Program-made: the position numbers and the translations under genes
In this document: one piece after another, positions 31,666-41,442 of the stretch
Position numbering within the stretch: position 1 is the first letter of the stretch
Layout: every line of letters begins with the position of its first letter
NCBI GenBank assembly: GCA_963778655.1
Contig: CAVZVA010000010.1
Coordinates: 1,408,001 to 1,472,000, forward strand
From: an uncultured delta proteobacterium
GTDB lineage: Bacteria > Myxococcota_A > Polyangia > Polyangiales > JAFGIB01
Reading direction: 5' to 3'
Length of the DNA stretch: 64,000 nucleotides
Notes under the pieces: generated by a model
Seen by the model: only the letters and a program-made list of their open reading frames with translations
Databases searched by the model: none
Told to the model about the DNA's origin: nothing

Positions 31666-32937
31666 ATGAGCATGCCCATGACCGCGAACGAGACCCCCAC
31701 GGTGCGTCCCGGCCCGGAAGACGAGGACTATCGCTTCGGCGCGCCGCCCAAGGACCTGCCCAAGCTCGAGCCCGCGCCTGCCGGCAGGGTCAAGCAGCGC
31801 GGGGAGGTGCGCGTCGAGACCATCGACCTGGCGGACAAGCACGCGCGCAAGCGCTTTCTCGACGTGGCCGACGCAGTGCAGGGCGGGGACCCCAACTTCA
31901 TTTCGCCGCTGCGTATGGAGCGCATGAAGTTCCTCGACACCGCGCACAATGCCGGGCTCTCCTCGCTCGAGATCAAGCCCATGATCGCGGTGCGGGGCGG
32001 CCGCGACGTCGGCCGCATCACCGCGCACATCGATCGCGCCTACGACCACTATCATGGGGTCAAGGTCGGCTGGTTCGGCTTCTTCGAGTCGATCGACGAC
32101 AAGCAGGTCGCCCATGCCTTGTTCGACGAGGCGGTGAGCTGGGTCAAGGCGCGGGGCGCGCACGAGATCATCGGCCCGAACAACTTCACCACTAACCATC
32201 AGTGCGGGCTGTTGGTGGAGAACTTCAGCCGGCCGCCGTTCGTCGAGATGACCTACAACCCGGCGTACTACGAGGCCCTGATCACGTCGTACGGCTTCGG
32301 CAAGGCCAAGGATCTGTTGACCTGGTGGATCGAGGTCACCAAGGGCCTCGACGATCCCAAGATCAAGCGCTACTACGACATCAGCGAGAAGGTGAAGAAG
32401 CGCTACGGGCTGACCATCCGCGGCGCGCGCATGAGTGAATTCGAAGCCGAGGTCGCGCGCGTGTTCCAGCTCTACAACGACTGCTGGCAGAAGAACTGGG
32501 GCTTCGTTCCCGTCACCGAGCCCGAGTTCAAGACCATCGCCGCGGACCTGAAGCAAATCATCGTCGACTCGCTGGTGCTGTTCGTCGAGGACAAGAACGG
32601 AACGCCAGTGGCGTTTTCGGTCACGCTGCCCAACGTCAACGAGGTCATGCCCAAGAACGGGCGCTTGTTCCCGTTCGGCTGGTGGAAGCTGCTCAGCGGG
32701 CTCAAGAAGGTCAAGCAAGCGCGCCTGTTCGTGCTCGGCGTGCTACCGAGCCATCGCCAGCGCGGCGTCGAGGCCATGCTGTGCATCGAGACTGCGCTGC
32801 GCGCCAAGCAGCTGGGGATGACGGGTGGCGAGATCGGCTGGACGCTTGAGGACAACGTGCTGATCAACCGCGCGGTCGAGACCTTCGGCGGTCACCTCGA
32901 CCGGCGCTACCGGCTGTTCGGCATCGACTTGACTTGA
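31666..32937 (+). CDS. YghO-like GNAT acyltransferase (candidate bacterial ceramide synthase)
   Basis: GRITAHID, GWFGFFESIDD, GPNNFTTN..GLLVE, YNPAYY, WQKNWGFVP, WTLEDN. Confidence 0.75.
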   Translation: MSMPMTANETPTVRPGPEDEDYRFGAPPKDLPKLEPAPAGRVKQRGEVRVETIDLADKHARKRFLDVADAVQGGDPNFISPLRMERMKFLDTAHNAGLSSLEIKPMIAVRGGRDVGRITAHIDRAYDHYHGVKVGWFGFFESIDDKQVAHALFDEAVSWVKARGAHEIIGPNNFTTNHQCGLLVENFSRPPFVEMTYNPAYYEALITSYGFGKAKDLLTWWIEVTKGLDDPKIKRYYDISEKVKKRYGLTIRGARMSEFEAEVARVFQLYNDCWQKNWGFVPVTEPEFKTIAADLKQIIVDSLVLFVEDKNGTPVAFSVTLPNVNEVMPKNGRLFPFGWWKLLSGLKKVKQARLFVLGVLPSHRQRGVEAMLCIETALRAKQLGMTGGEIGWTLEDNVLINRAVETFGGHLDRRYRLFGIDLT

Positions 32938-32974
32938 GCCAGTGACTCGGGCGACCCGCCGGCCCGTGCTCGGG

Positions 32975-34195
32975 CTAGCGGCCGAAGGGATTCGCTGCGC
33001 CGGTGGTGAACGTCCAGGTGAGGTTGATCGGTCCACCGCTGCCCGTGCCGGTCATGGTCACGCGGTAGGTGGTGTTCGCCATGAACGGCGTGTTGGCGTA
33101 CATGAAGGCGGTGTTGCGCAGGAAGCCGCGCGTGTTCGGGTCCGTGGAGCTGGCGGTGTCGAGCCAGACGTGCTCGATCGGCGTGCTGTCGCCGTCGACC
33201 GTCAGCGTATGCTCGGTGATGCTCAGCTTCTGGGCGTAGATGTTGATCGGCGACGAGCTCGGCCAGCCGCTGCTCGGTGCAGGCGGCATGGGTCCTTCGC
33301 GGCTGCCGTCGAAGGAGGTAGGCACGCCGGTCTGGCCGTCGTAGGGATAGACCACCACCGTGTTCGCGGGCGCGCCCATGGTGCCCGTGCCGAAGTCGAT
33401 GGTGTCGCAGCTCGTGTCGTTGCCGTAGCCGAGGTCGGTCGTCCATGGATCGAGGATCGGGATGCGGTGCCAGACCGAGTTGACCCAGGTGGCAACCGCC
33501 GAGTCCGGGTTGTCGACGAAGGCCATCACCTCGGAGTACCCGCCGAACGCGTTGTACCCGGCCGCCATCATGCGATCGCCCACGTTCGCGCCGGTGAAGC
33601 CGGTACAGCCGCTCACCTCGCCGTGCGGATCGGCGACGCACATCTGGTTGCTGCTGTTGGCTGCGTAGTAGTTGCAGTGGTTGAGCGCGGACATGTTCAG
33701 CGTGAGCACCATGTTGTCGCAGCCCGAGCCCGCCGGCACGCGCACCGCGTTGACCGCGGCCAGCGCGGCAATCGCGGCATCGGAAGCGCCTGCCGGCGCC
33801 GCCGGACAGTCGGCGGCAGCGCCGCTGCCGCCCATCGGCGCGCTGGCGCCCGCGCTGCCGGTTCCCGCGGCGCCGCTGCCGCCGGTTCCGGCCATCGGCG
33901 CGGCCATGCCGCCGGTGCTGCTCATCGGTGCGGCCATGCCGCCGGTGCTGCTCGTCGGTGCCCCCATGCCGCCGGTGCCGGGCACGCCCGTCGGCACAGC
34001 ACCGGTGGCGCCGGTCCCGTTTCCAAGGTTTCCAAGCGCAGGCGCCCCCCCACCACCCGTCCCCGGCAGGCCGGTGGAGGGCGAGCCGACGGTGGTGGAG
34101 GGGCGGCCGTTGCCGTCGGAGCTCGTGCACGCCATGCCGGAGGAAGCTGCGGCGCAAGCCCAAACGACCCACCCAAGTCTCGTCGTCATCTTCAT
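32975..34195 (-). CDS. CAP (SCP/PR-1) domain lipoprotein
   Basis: GMA-C lipobox, Gly/Thr linker, AVNAVR...ALNHCNY...DPHGE...RMMAAGY...WVNSVWHRIPIL, Ig-like C-terminus. Confidence 0.85.
   Translation of the reverse strand: MKMTTRLGWVVWACAAASSGMACTSSDGNGRPSTTVGSPSTGLPGTGGGGAPALGNLGNGTGATGAVPTGVPGTGGMGAPTSSTGGMAAPMSSTGGMAAPMAGTGGSGAAGTGSAGASAPMGGSGAAADCPAAPAGASDAAIAALAAVNAVRVPAGSGCDNMVLTLNMSALNHCNYYAANSSNQMCVADPHGEVSGCTGFTGANVGDRMMAAGYNAFGGYSEVMAFVDNPDSAVATWVNSVWHRIPILDPWTTDLGYGNDTSCDTIDFGTGTMGAPANTVVVYPYDGQTGVPTSFDGSREGPMPPAPSSGWPSSSPINIYAQKLSITEHTLTVDGDSTPIEHVWLDTASSTDPNTRGFLRNTAFMYANTPFMANTTYRVTMTGTGSGGPINLTWTFTTGAANPFGR
33893..33978. repeat. 30-bp coding tandem repeat, about 3 copies
   Basis: CATCGGyGCGGCCATGCCGCCGGTGCTGCT encoding SSTGGMAAPM. 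Confidence 0.8.
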
Positions 34196-34398
34196 GCCAA
34201 TCGTCCCTGTCCCGAGCCAGGGGCGCGCGCATCCCGAGCAACCGCACCTCTTTTGGGGGCAATTGCGCCGCGGACCCGACCAGGCTCTCCGGTGTAGTTC
34301 CCTGTCGCCGCTCCGGCGGGTCAGCGCTAAGTCGCCGCCGCGTGCCGCGCGGGTGAGGCGGGGTGCGGGTGCAGGCAAGCTGCGCCACACCGCCCGTC

Positions 34399-34876
34399 TC
34401 AACGTCCGTCCCCGCAACTCGCTCGAGCCCGCGCCAGCAGGCGGGGCTGGGGCGAGAGGCTCGCCAGTCGCCGCAGCAGCGGCTGGGCCTCGGCCGTGCG
34501 GCCCAGCACGCACAGCGTCGCGGCCCGCTCGGTCAGCCGCTCGGCCGCGAGCGCGGGACGGGGATAGCGCTGCGCCAGCCGATCGAGCAGCTCGAGCGCG
34601 CGCTCGGGCTGGTTTGTGCTCGCGGTAGCAGCGCGCGGCACCCAGCGCGGCCATCTCCGGCTGCAGGCCGGGCGCGTGCGCATCGGCGGTATCGAACGGC
34701 ACGGGCCGCGCCACCGCTGCGCGCGTTGCAAGCGCATGGGGCGTCTGGCCGGCCGGTGCACGCAGCCACAGCGCGGCGCCCGCGGCGGCGAGCGCCGCGC
34801 ACGCAGCCAGCGTGACCCGCGGGCGCGGCCACCTGCCGGCCGAGCGGGCGGCGCCGCTGGCTGCGTCCGTGCTCAT
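34399..34876 (-). pseudogene. Small membrane-anchored TPR-like protein with one frameshift (near 34631-34643)
   Basis: MSTDAA...TM...PEMAAL continues in a shifted frame as QPERALELLDRLAQRYP..LAAER...LCVLGR; span is 3n+1; may be a sequencing error. Confidence 0.55.
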
Positions 34877-35080
34877 TCTCGATCGACGACATCGAGACGA
34901 TTCGGGCGTGGATCGCCGCCGGTGCTCCCGGGCCCGACGGTTGAAGGCTGCCGCGATCGCGAGCGGCGCGCGTCGCGCGGCCCTGGCAATTGCACGCGCG
35001 CCTCCGGCGTTTTCGGGTAGCATGGAGGCTCGTGCTCGCCGTGCCTTGGCCTGGGCGTGTCGGGCTCGCGAGAGGAATTG

Positions 35081-36538
35081 ATGGCGGTGGAGCACGAGCT
35101 GGCGGGTCTCGACGCCACGGCGCAGGCCGGGCTGGTGCGCGACGGCGAGCTGTCGGCCACCGAGCTGGTCGAGCACGCGATCGCGCGTCTGGAGCGCCAC
35201 AACCCCGCGCTCAACGCGGTGATCCGCCGCGATTTCGAGCGCGCGCGCGAGCGTGCGCGGAGCGTGGTCGCGGGCGACGACGACGCGCCGCCCTTCGCCG
35301 GCGTGCCCACGCTGCTCAAGGACATCGGCGCGGCCGAGGCCGGGCAGCCCTGCTACTCGGGCATGGCCGCGCTGCAACGGGTCGACCACCGCGAGCCCCG
35401 CGACAGCTACTTCGTGCGCAAGCTGCTGGCAGGCGGCTTCATCCCGCTCGGCCGCACCAATTTGCCCGAGCTCGCGCTCGTCGCCACCACCGAGCCGGCG
35501 GCGTTCGGGGCCACGCGTAACCCGTGGAGCCTCGAGCACAGCGCGGGCGGCAGCAGCGGCGGCAGCGCCGCGGCCGTGGCGGCCGGCATCGTGCCGGTGG
35601 CGCACGCCAGCGACGGCGGCGGCTCGATCCGCGGGCCGGCCAGCATGTGCGCGCTGGTCGGGCTCAAGCCGAGCCGCGGCCGCTGCTCGTTCGGCCCGCA
35701 GCGCGCCGAGCGCTGGAGCGGGCTTTCGGTCGAGCTCATGCTGACGCGCAGCGTGCGCGACTGCGCGGCGTTGCTCGACCTGCTCGCAGGTCCGATGCCG
35801 GGCGACCCCTATCACGCGCCGCCGCCCGCGCGACCGTACAAGCTGGCGCTGGGCGACGATGGCGGCAAGCTGCGCATCGGCGTGCTGGCGCACGGGCCGC
35901 GCGGGGTCGAGCTCGATCCGGGCTGCGAGCAGGCGGTGAGCGAGATGGCACGCACGCTCGAGCAGCTGGGCCACGACGTGCAGCCGGTGTATCCCGAGGC
36001 GCTCGACGAGCCCGAGACGCCGCTGCTGTGGGTGGAGCTGGTCGCGTGCAACGTGGCGCGCGCGCTCGACGCCGCCGCCGACGCGGTGGGACGCGCCCTG
36101 ACGGAGGCGGACGTCGAGCCGTTGACCTGGGCGCTGTGCCAGCACGGCCGTTCGGTGGCCGCGCCGAAGTACCTGCAGACGCTGGAGAAGGCCCACGCCT
36201 TCGGCCGCCGCCTGTGCGCGTTCTTCGAGCATCGCTGCGAGTTGCTGCTCACGCCCACGCAAGCGGCGCCGCCGCCGCGGCTCGGCTACCTGAGCTCGAC
36301 GCCGCAGGAGCCGTTCCGCGCGCTGCTGCGCTCGGCGCCCTACGGCGTGTTCACGCTGCCCTTCAACATGTCGGGGCAGCCGGCGATCTCGCTGCCGACG
36401 ACCTGGACCGCGGACGGCCTGCCGCTCGGCACCCAGCTCGTCGCCGCCTTTGGACGCGAGGATCGCCTACTCCGCGTGGCCGCGCAGCTGGAGCGGGCAC
36501 GGCCCTGGGCCGGGCGGCGGCCCGCGGTCTTCGGTTAG
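35081..36538 (+). CDS. Amidase (amidase signature family)
   Basis: GVPTLLKD, GGSSGGSAAAVA, SDGGGSIRGPA. Confidence 0.93.
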   Translation: MAVEHELAGLDATAQAGLVRDGELSATELVEHAIARLERHNPALNAVIRRDFERARERARSVVAGDDDAPPFAGVPTLLKDIGAAEAGQPCYSGMAALQRVDHREPRDSYFVRKLLAGGFIPLGRTNLPELALVATTEPAAFGATRNPWSLEHSAGGSSGGSAAAVAAGIVPVAHASDGGGSIRGPASMCALVGLKPSRGRCSFGPQRAERWSGLSVELMLTRSVRDCAALLDLLAGPMPGDPYHAPPPARPYKLALGDDGGKLRIGVLAHGPRGVELDPGCEQAVSEMARTLEQLGHDVQPVYPEALDEPETPLLWVELVACNVARALDAAADAVGRALTEADVEPLTWALCQHGRSVAAPKYLQTLEKAHAFGRRLCAFFEHRCELLLTPTQAAPPPRLGYLSSTPQEPFRALLRSAPYGVFTLPFNMSGQPAISLPTTWTADGLPLGTQLVAAFGREDRLLRVAAQLERARPWAGRRPAVFG

Positions 36539-36868
36539 TGCCTCACTACATGACCGATCACGATTCGAGGTTCGGCCATGCCGATCGGTCATGGAGCGCT
36601 GCGGCGGGTGCTGCACCAGCGCGAGAGGGTGAATGCGCGGCGTCGCCCCGCGTGCGTCCGTGGAGAGATGGGCATTCCGCTGCCGCTGTATCGCGCCCGT
36701 TTCGGGACGGTGACGGCGCCCGATCGGGCCCGAGATCACCGCGATGGACTGGACCCGGACGGGCTTCTTGTTCGATGCTAGCGCGCTGACGCGGGCGAAA
36801 GCCGCTCGCGTGGCTTGCATGCGAGGCGCCCGAGGGGCGCGTGCTCGCGTGCGGAAAAGGCACACACG

Positions 36869-38155
36869 ATGGGCACAGCGAAGCTCAGCTATGAAGGCAA
36901 GGAATACGAGTTCCCCGTGGTGGAAGGCAGCGAAGGCGAAAAGGCGATCGTCATTACCGAGCTGCGCAAGAGGACCGGCCTGATCACACTCGATTCGGGC
37001 TACGCCAACACGGGCTCGTGCCAGAGCGCGATCACCTTCATCGACGGCGAAAAGGGCATCCTTCGCTATCGCGGCTATCCGATCGAGCAGGTGGCCGAAC
37101 GCGCCCGTTTCACCGAGGTCTGCTATCTGCTGATCTACGGCAAGCGCCCCGACCCCGAGGAGCTCGCAACGTTCCGCGATTCGATGAACCGGCACACGCT
37201 GCTGCACGAGGACATGAAGAAGTTCTACGAGGGCTACCCGCCCGGCGCCCATCCGATGGCGATCATGGCGGCGATGGTGGCCTCGCTCTCGAGCTTCTAT
37301 CCGCCGACCGAGGACAACCTCGACATGAACATCGTGCGGATCCTGGCCAAGTCCAAGACGCTGGCCGCGTTCGCGCACAAGAAGTCGATCGGGCAGCCCT
37401 TCGTCTATCCGCGCAACAACCTGTCCTGGCCGGCGAACTTTCTGCGCATGATGTTCGCGGTGCCGGCCGAGGACTACGAAGTCAATCCGGTGATCGAAGA
37501 GGCGCTCAACATGCTGCTGATCCTGCACGCGGATCACGAGCAGAACTGCAGCACCTCGACCATGCGCATGGTGGGCTCGAGCGAGGCCAACCTGTTCGCG
37601 TCGATCGCGGCCTCGATCTGCGCGCTGTGGGGGCCGCGCCACGGCGGCGCCAATCAGGAGGTGATCGAGATGCTGGAGGCCATCCAGGCCGACGGCGGGC
37701 ATTTCGAGCGCTTCCTCGATCAGGTCAAGAAGGGCGAGTCCAAGATCCGCTTGATGGGCTTCGGCCATCGCGTCTACAAGAACTTCGACCCACGCGCGAG
37801 GCTGCTCAAGAAGGCGTGCGACAGCGTGTTCGACGCGCTCGGCATCCACGATCCACTGCTGGATCTGGCCAAGAAGCTGGAGGAGACCGCGCTGCGCGAC
37901 GAGTATTTCGTCAAGCGCAAGCTCTATCCCAACGTCGACTTCTACAGCGGCATCATCTACCGCGCGATGGGCATTCCGACCGAGATGTTCACGGTGATGT
38001 TCGCGCTCGGGCGGCTGCCGGGCTGGATCGCGCACTGGGTCGAGCAGCGCAAGGACGCGGACTTCAAGATCCACCGGCCGCGCCAGATCTACATCGGCGA
38101 GACCGAGCGCACCTTCGAAGACCGGGGCACCAAGCGCCTGCCGACCGGGCGCTGA
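36869..38155 (+). CDS. gltA: Citrate synthase
   Basis: TFIDGEKGILRYRGY, LHADHEQNCST, HGGANQ, MGFGHRVYKNFDPRA, YPNVDFYSG. Confidence 0.97.
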   Translation: MGTAKLSYEGKEYEFPVVEGSEGEKAIVITELRKRTGLITLDSGYANTGSCQSAITFIDGEKGILRYRGYPIEQVAERARFTEVCYLLIYGKRPDPEELATFRDSMNRHTLLHEDMKKFYEGYPPGAHPMAIMAAMVASLSSFYPPTEDNLDMNIVRILAKSKTLAAFAHKKSIGQPFVYPRNNLSWPANFLRMMFAVPAEDYEVNPVIEEALNMLLILHADHEQNCSTSTMRMVGSSEANLFASIAASICALWGPRHGGANQEVIEMLEAIQADGGHFERFLDQVKKGESKIRLMGFGHRVYKNFDPRARLLKKACDSVFDALGIHDPLLDLAKKLEETALRDEYFVKRKLYPNVDFYSGIIYRAMGIPTEMFTVMFALGRLPGWIAHWVEQRKDADFKIHRPRQIYIGETERTFEDRGTKRLPTGR

Positions 38156-38643
38156 GGCGCGACGCTGGCTGTGGGCCGAGCGGTCTCCACCAACGTGGAG
38201 GCCACGCAAGGATTGGGCCGCAGCGGCGCGCGGCCCGGTATTGAGCGCTCGACGAAAGCGCCTCGTCCGTAGTGTCGTCCCGAAGGCCGATCCGCAGACG
38301 ATCGGCGCCGCGGATGACGCGCGATGCGGAGCTGTCCGGCAAACGGCTACATGCAACCGGGCACTGCGCCGCAGATGGACACGATCGAGTCCTGGGATAC
38401 TTCGTTCTCTGCGACTGGCATAGTGGTTTCCTTTCTCAGCTAGAAACCTCCGGCCTGTACACAAAATTCCGCGCACTCCCTCGATGCGCATTGCGGGACG
38501 ACGTCGCCCGAGCCGACCCTTTTACGCGGTGTTCGGGATTGCTCGACTCGGCGTCGCACTCGACCTCGGGCTCCTCGTCGGCGCCATCGCGCTGTCATGC
38601 AGCACTGGCTCGAAGCTCACAGGGCGGAGCTCAGAACGGCGGC

Positions 38644-38814
38644 CTAGAGCACCGAACACATTGAAACACGCACGATTTCGGGGCCCTCGCGGGCGCATGG
38701 CACGCGTGCTCCCCGCTCGAGGTGGGATGTACTACGCCTGCGGGCTTCCGCCCGCACCCTGCATCCCGCCATGACCCCGACTTCGCACACGTTTCAATAT
38801 GTTCGGTGCTCTAG
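38644..38814. mobile_element. MITE-like non-autonomous element, 171 bp
   Basis: Imperfect terminal inverted repeats of about 42 bp (first 24 bp match 23/24), CTAG at both ends, no transposase, a further end copy at 18699. Confidence 0.7.
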
Positions 38815-39285
38815 CTTGGCGTAGCAGCTGACTGACAGCGCCCGCTCCCAACAGTACCGAGCGCAATCTAAGGTTCCGTGCAGGAGCCGGTCGTTCCATT
38901 CTGACTGGGCAGGCCGCTGCGACTCGACCGCTGTGCGGAGAAACTCGGGATTGGCCGGAGGTCGCGGCGGTCCGGCGTTCCGGCCGCAGGGCAGCGCCCG
39001 GCGCCGGCCGTGCTGCCAGCTCGCAGCCCCTTCCCCCGCAGCGTCCCCAAGTGAGTGGGATTGCTGGTGGGGCCAGCCGTGGACGCCTCGCGAACGGAGT
39101 TGTGTAGCAACTCTGAAAGGATTGGCGCGCGGCGTGGGAACTAGGGTCGGTGATGGTGAAGGTGTGGAGCTGTGCGCAAGAAGCGCTTGAAGACCACCGA
39201 GAAAGAGGAACGCACGCCAACCCGGTCGGAGGCATGCGTCCGCTCCTTCTCGCTCGAGCCTCTCGGCCAGCCCAGTGGAGGAACC

Positions 39286-40395
39286 ATGCAACGGTGTGCT
39301 TTTTCGGTATCAGCCATGGCTGTTGTCGCCGCTGCGGCATTGCTGGGCTGCAGTAGCAACTCGAACAATGGAGCCAACCCCGCGGCGGGAACTGGCGGCG
39401 CGCAAGCGTTTGGCGCCACGGGCGGCACCATCGGAAGCCCCGGCGGTGTCATGGCGCCAGTCGGTACGGGCGGCACCCTCGGGGGCACCGGCGGTGTCAT
39501 GGCGTCAGGGGGAACGGGCGGAACCCTCGGGAGCACCGGAGGCGCACCGGCGGCAGTGGGAACCGGTGGCACCATGGCGGGAAGCGGCGGCCAACCCGCG
39601 GCAGCCGGAGCAGGGGGAGCGGCCGCAGGAAGTGGCGGTGCCGGCGGAAGCGGCGGCTCGCCGATGGCGGCGGGCACCTGTGTGCCGGCCACCAGCGTCG
39701 ACGCCGATGGGCCATTCACCCCGACGCACATCGAAAACGGGGGGCCCACCGGCGGCAGCTGGGTCTTCTATCCGCAGGAGCTCGGCATGAACGGCATGCT
39801 GCATCCGGTCTTCAACTGGGGTCCGGGTGCCGGCACAGGCCCGGACGCGTACGTCGACCATCTAAACCGGCTCGCGTCTCACGGCTTCGTGGTGATCAGC
39901 CAGCCGTCCTCGGGTACCGGGGATACGGAGAAGGCCGCGCTCGATTGGATCCTGGCCGAGAACGACAAGCCCGACAGCATGTTCTACCACAAGCTGGATC
40001 CCGACCGAGTTGGAACGGGCGGCCACTCGTTGGGCGCGCTCACCACCTTTGCGATGGCGAGCGATCCGCGTCTCAAGCTCTACGTTCTGGTCTGTGGCGG
40101 CAGTGGCTCGGGCACGACCGGCGCAGCGGATATCCATGCCCCTGCAATCATCCTGGGCGGAGACAGCGATCCAGGAACTCCCAACTTCGAGCCCGACTAC
40201 TCCGCAATCACGCAGCCCGTGGTCTTCTTGACCAAGACCGGCACCGATCACATCTACTGCGCGAGAAACAACCTGGCGCCTTGGGTCGCATTCATGCGCT
40301 GGCAGTTCTGCGGTGAAACCCAGTGGAAGGCCGACTTCTTCGATGGCGGCACCTACTGCAAAGTCCCTTGGACCTGCAAGAGCAAGGGCTGGTAG
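39286..40395 (+). CDS. Alpha/beta-hydrolase lipoprotein (cutinase/chlorophyllase-like)
   Basis: LLG-C lipobox, GTGG linker, LASHGFVV, GHSLG nucleophile elbow, GDSD, TDH. Confidence 0.8.
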   Translation: MQRCAFSVSAMAVVAAAALLGCSSNSNNGANPAAGTGGAQAFGATGGTIGSPGGVMAPVGTGGTLGGTGGVMASGGTGGTLGSTGGAPAAVGTGGTMAGSGGQPAAAGAGGAAAGSGGAGGSGGSPMAAGTCVPATSVDADGPFTPTHIENGGPTGGSWVFYPQELGMNGMLHPVFNWGPGAGTGPDAYVDHLNRLASHGFVVISQPSSGTGDTEKAALDWILAENDKPDSMFYHKLDPDRVGTGGHSLGALTTFAMASDPRLKLYVLVCGGSGSGTTGAADIHAPAIILGGDSDPGTPNFEPDYSAITQPVVFLTKTGTDHIYCARNNLAPWVAFMRWQFCGETQWKADFFDGGTYCKVPWTCKSKGW

Positions 40396-40701
40396 CCGCG
40401 GCGTTGCGAGCGCGATCTTGCCGCGGCTGGAGGCGCGTGCGCCTGCGGTGAAGCGCGCGTGGCGACACTGAACGCGGGCGCCGCCGGTGCGAGCAGTCCG
40501 GGTGAGGCGAGCTGGGATGGCTGCGCACCTTGGCGGCACCGGCGTCGTCGCCGCATACGCCGGGTCGGCCCTTCGTCAACCGGTGCCCCGCTCGACATCG
40601 CCTCAGACACGATCTCCGCTCACGATCACCCGGTCAGAGCACCAGCTGGTAGAATGGAGCGACGCCGGCTGCGGGCTCGGGTCGCGGCCGGCTACGAGGG
40701 C

Positions 40702-41259
40702 ATGGCAAAGTTCAAGGGCACGGTGTTCGAGTCGACGCGGTTGTTCACCGTGCGTGAATTCGGGCCCGAAGGCGCGGAGCGCGTGCTGGCCGAGCTGTCC
40801 GAGGCCGATCGCCGCGTGCTCGCGGAGCTCTCCGCCATCAGCTGGTGCCCGGTCGAGCCGGTGCTGCGCTTTCACCACGCGCTCGATCGCGTGTTCGGGA
40901 GCGGCGACCTCGCGCTGTGCGTGCGCGCCGGATACTTCAGCGCCGGCTGGTCGCTGAACACGGTGCTCAAGCTGTTCTTGCGCTTCAGCTCGCCACTGTG
41001 GCTGGTGGAGCGCGCCACCAGCGTGTGGGGCCGCTATCACGACACCGGACAGTGGCGGATCGAGCAAGCCGACGGCAACCGCATCGTGGGCGAGCTGCAC
41101 GGCTTCGAGGTCGGCGATCCGGCGTTCTGTGCGCGGCTGCGCGGCTGGTTGCAGGGCGCGGTGGAGCTCACCGGCGGACAGCACGCGGTGGTGACCGAAA
41201 CCCGCTGCGTTTGCCGCGGCGACGACTGCTGTGCGTTCTCGCTCGGCTGGCAAGGCTGA
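40702..41259 (+). CDS. Myxobacterial DUF2378/V4R-like protein
   Basis: KGT...FG...VLAEL...SW.PV..., WGRYHDTG, C-terminal CVCRGDDCCAF. Confidence 0.6.
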   Translation: MAKFKGTVFESTRLFTVREFGPEGAERVLAELSEADRRVLAELSAISWCPVEPVLRFHHALDRVFGSGDLALCVRAGYFSAGWSLNTVLKLFLRFSSPLWLVERATSVWGRYHDTGQWRIEQADGNRIVGELHGFEVGDPAFCARLRGWLQGAVELTGGQHAVVTETRCVCRGDDCCAFSLGWQG

Positions 41260-41442
41260 GCGCGCGCCGTCGAGCCCATGGTGATCGCCCTCGCGGGGAC
41301 GCCCCCGGCCAGGTGTCTTGCCGGCGCGCCGTGGCGCCCTGGCCGCCGCCCAACGCCGCGGCCGCCCCCCCGGCGCGGGATGGCGGTCGCCGCGAGGGTG
41401 TCTACCTACACCCGAGTCGCTCGGGCCAGAGGAGGGATCACA

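Noticed and set aside
32975..36262. 1095-aa ORF appearing to be a large fusion
   Set aside because: Artefact joining the antisense of the amidase, the first half of the frameshifted TPR-like gene and the real CAP gene (32975-34195)
36549..36593. Inverted repeat CATGACCGATC-N23-GATCGGTCATG after the amidase
   Set aside because: Single copy, long loop and no U-tract; cannot be assigned a function
38644..38814. Integron attC site (AAC...GTT inside an inverted repeat)
   Set aside because: Ends do not fit RYYYAAC/GTTRRRY, and there is no integrase or cassette array; a MITE fits better
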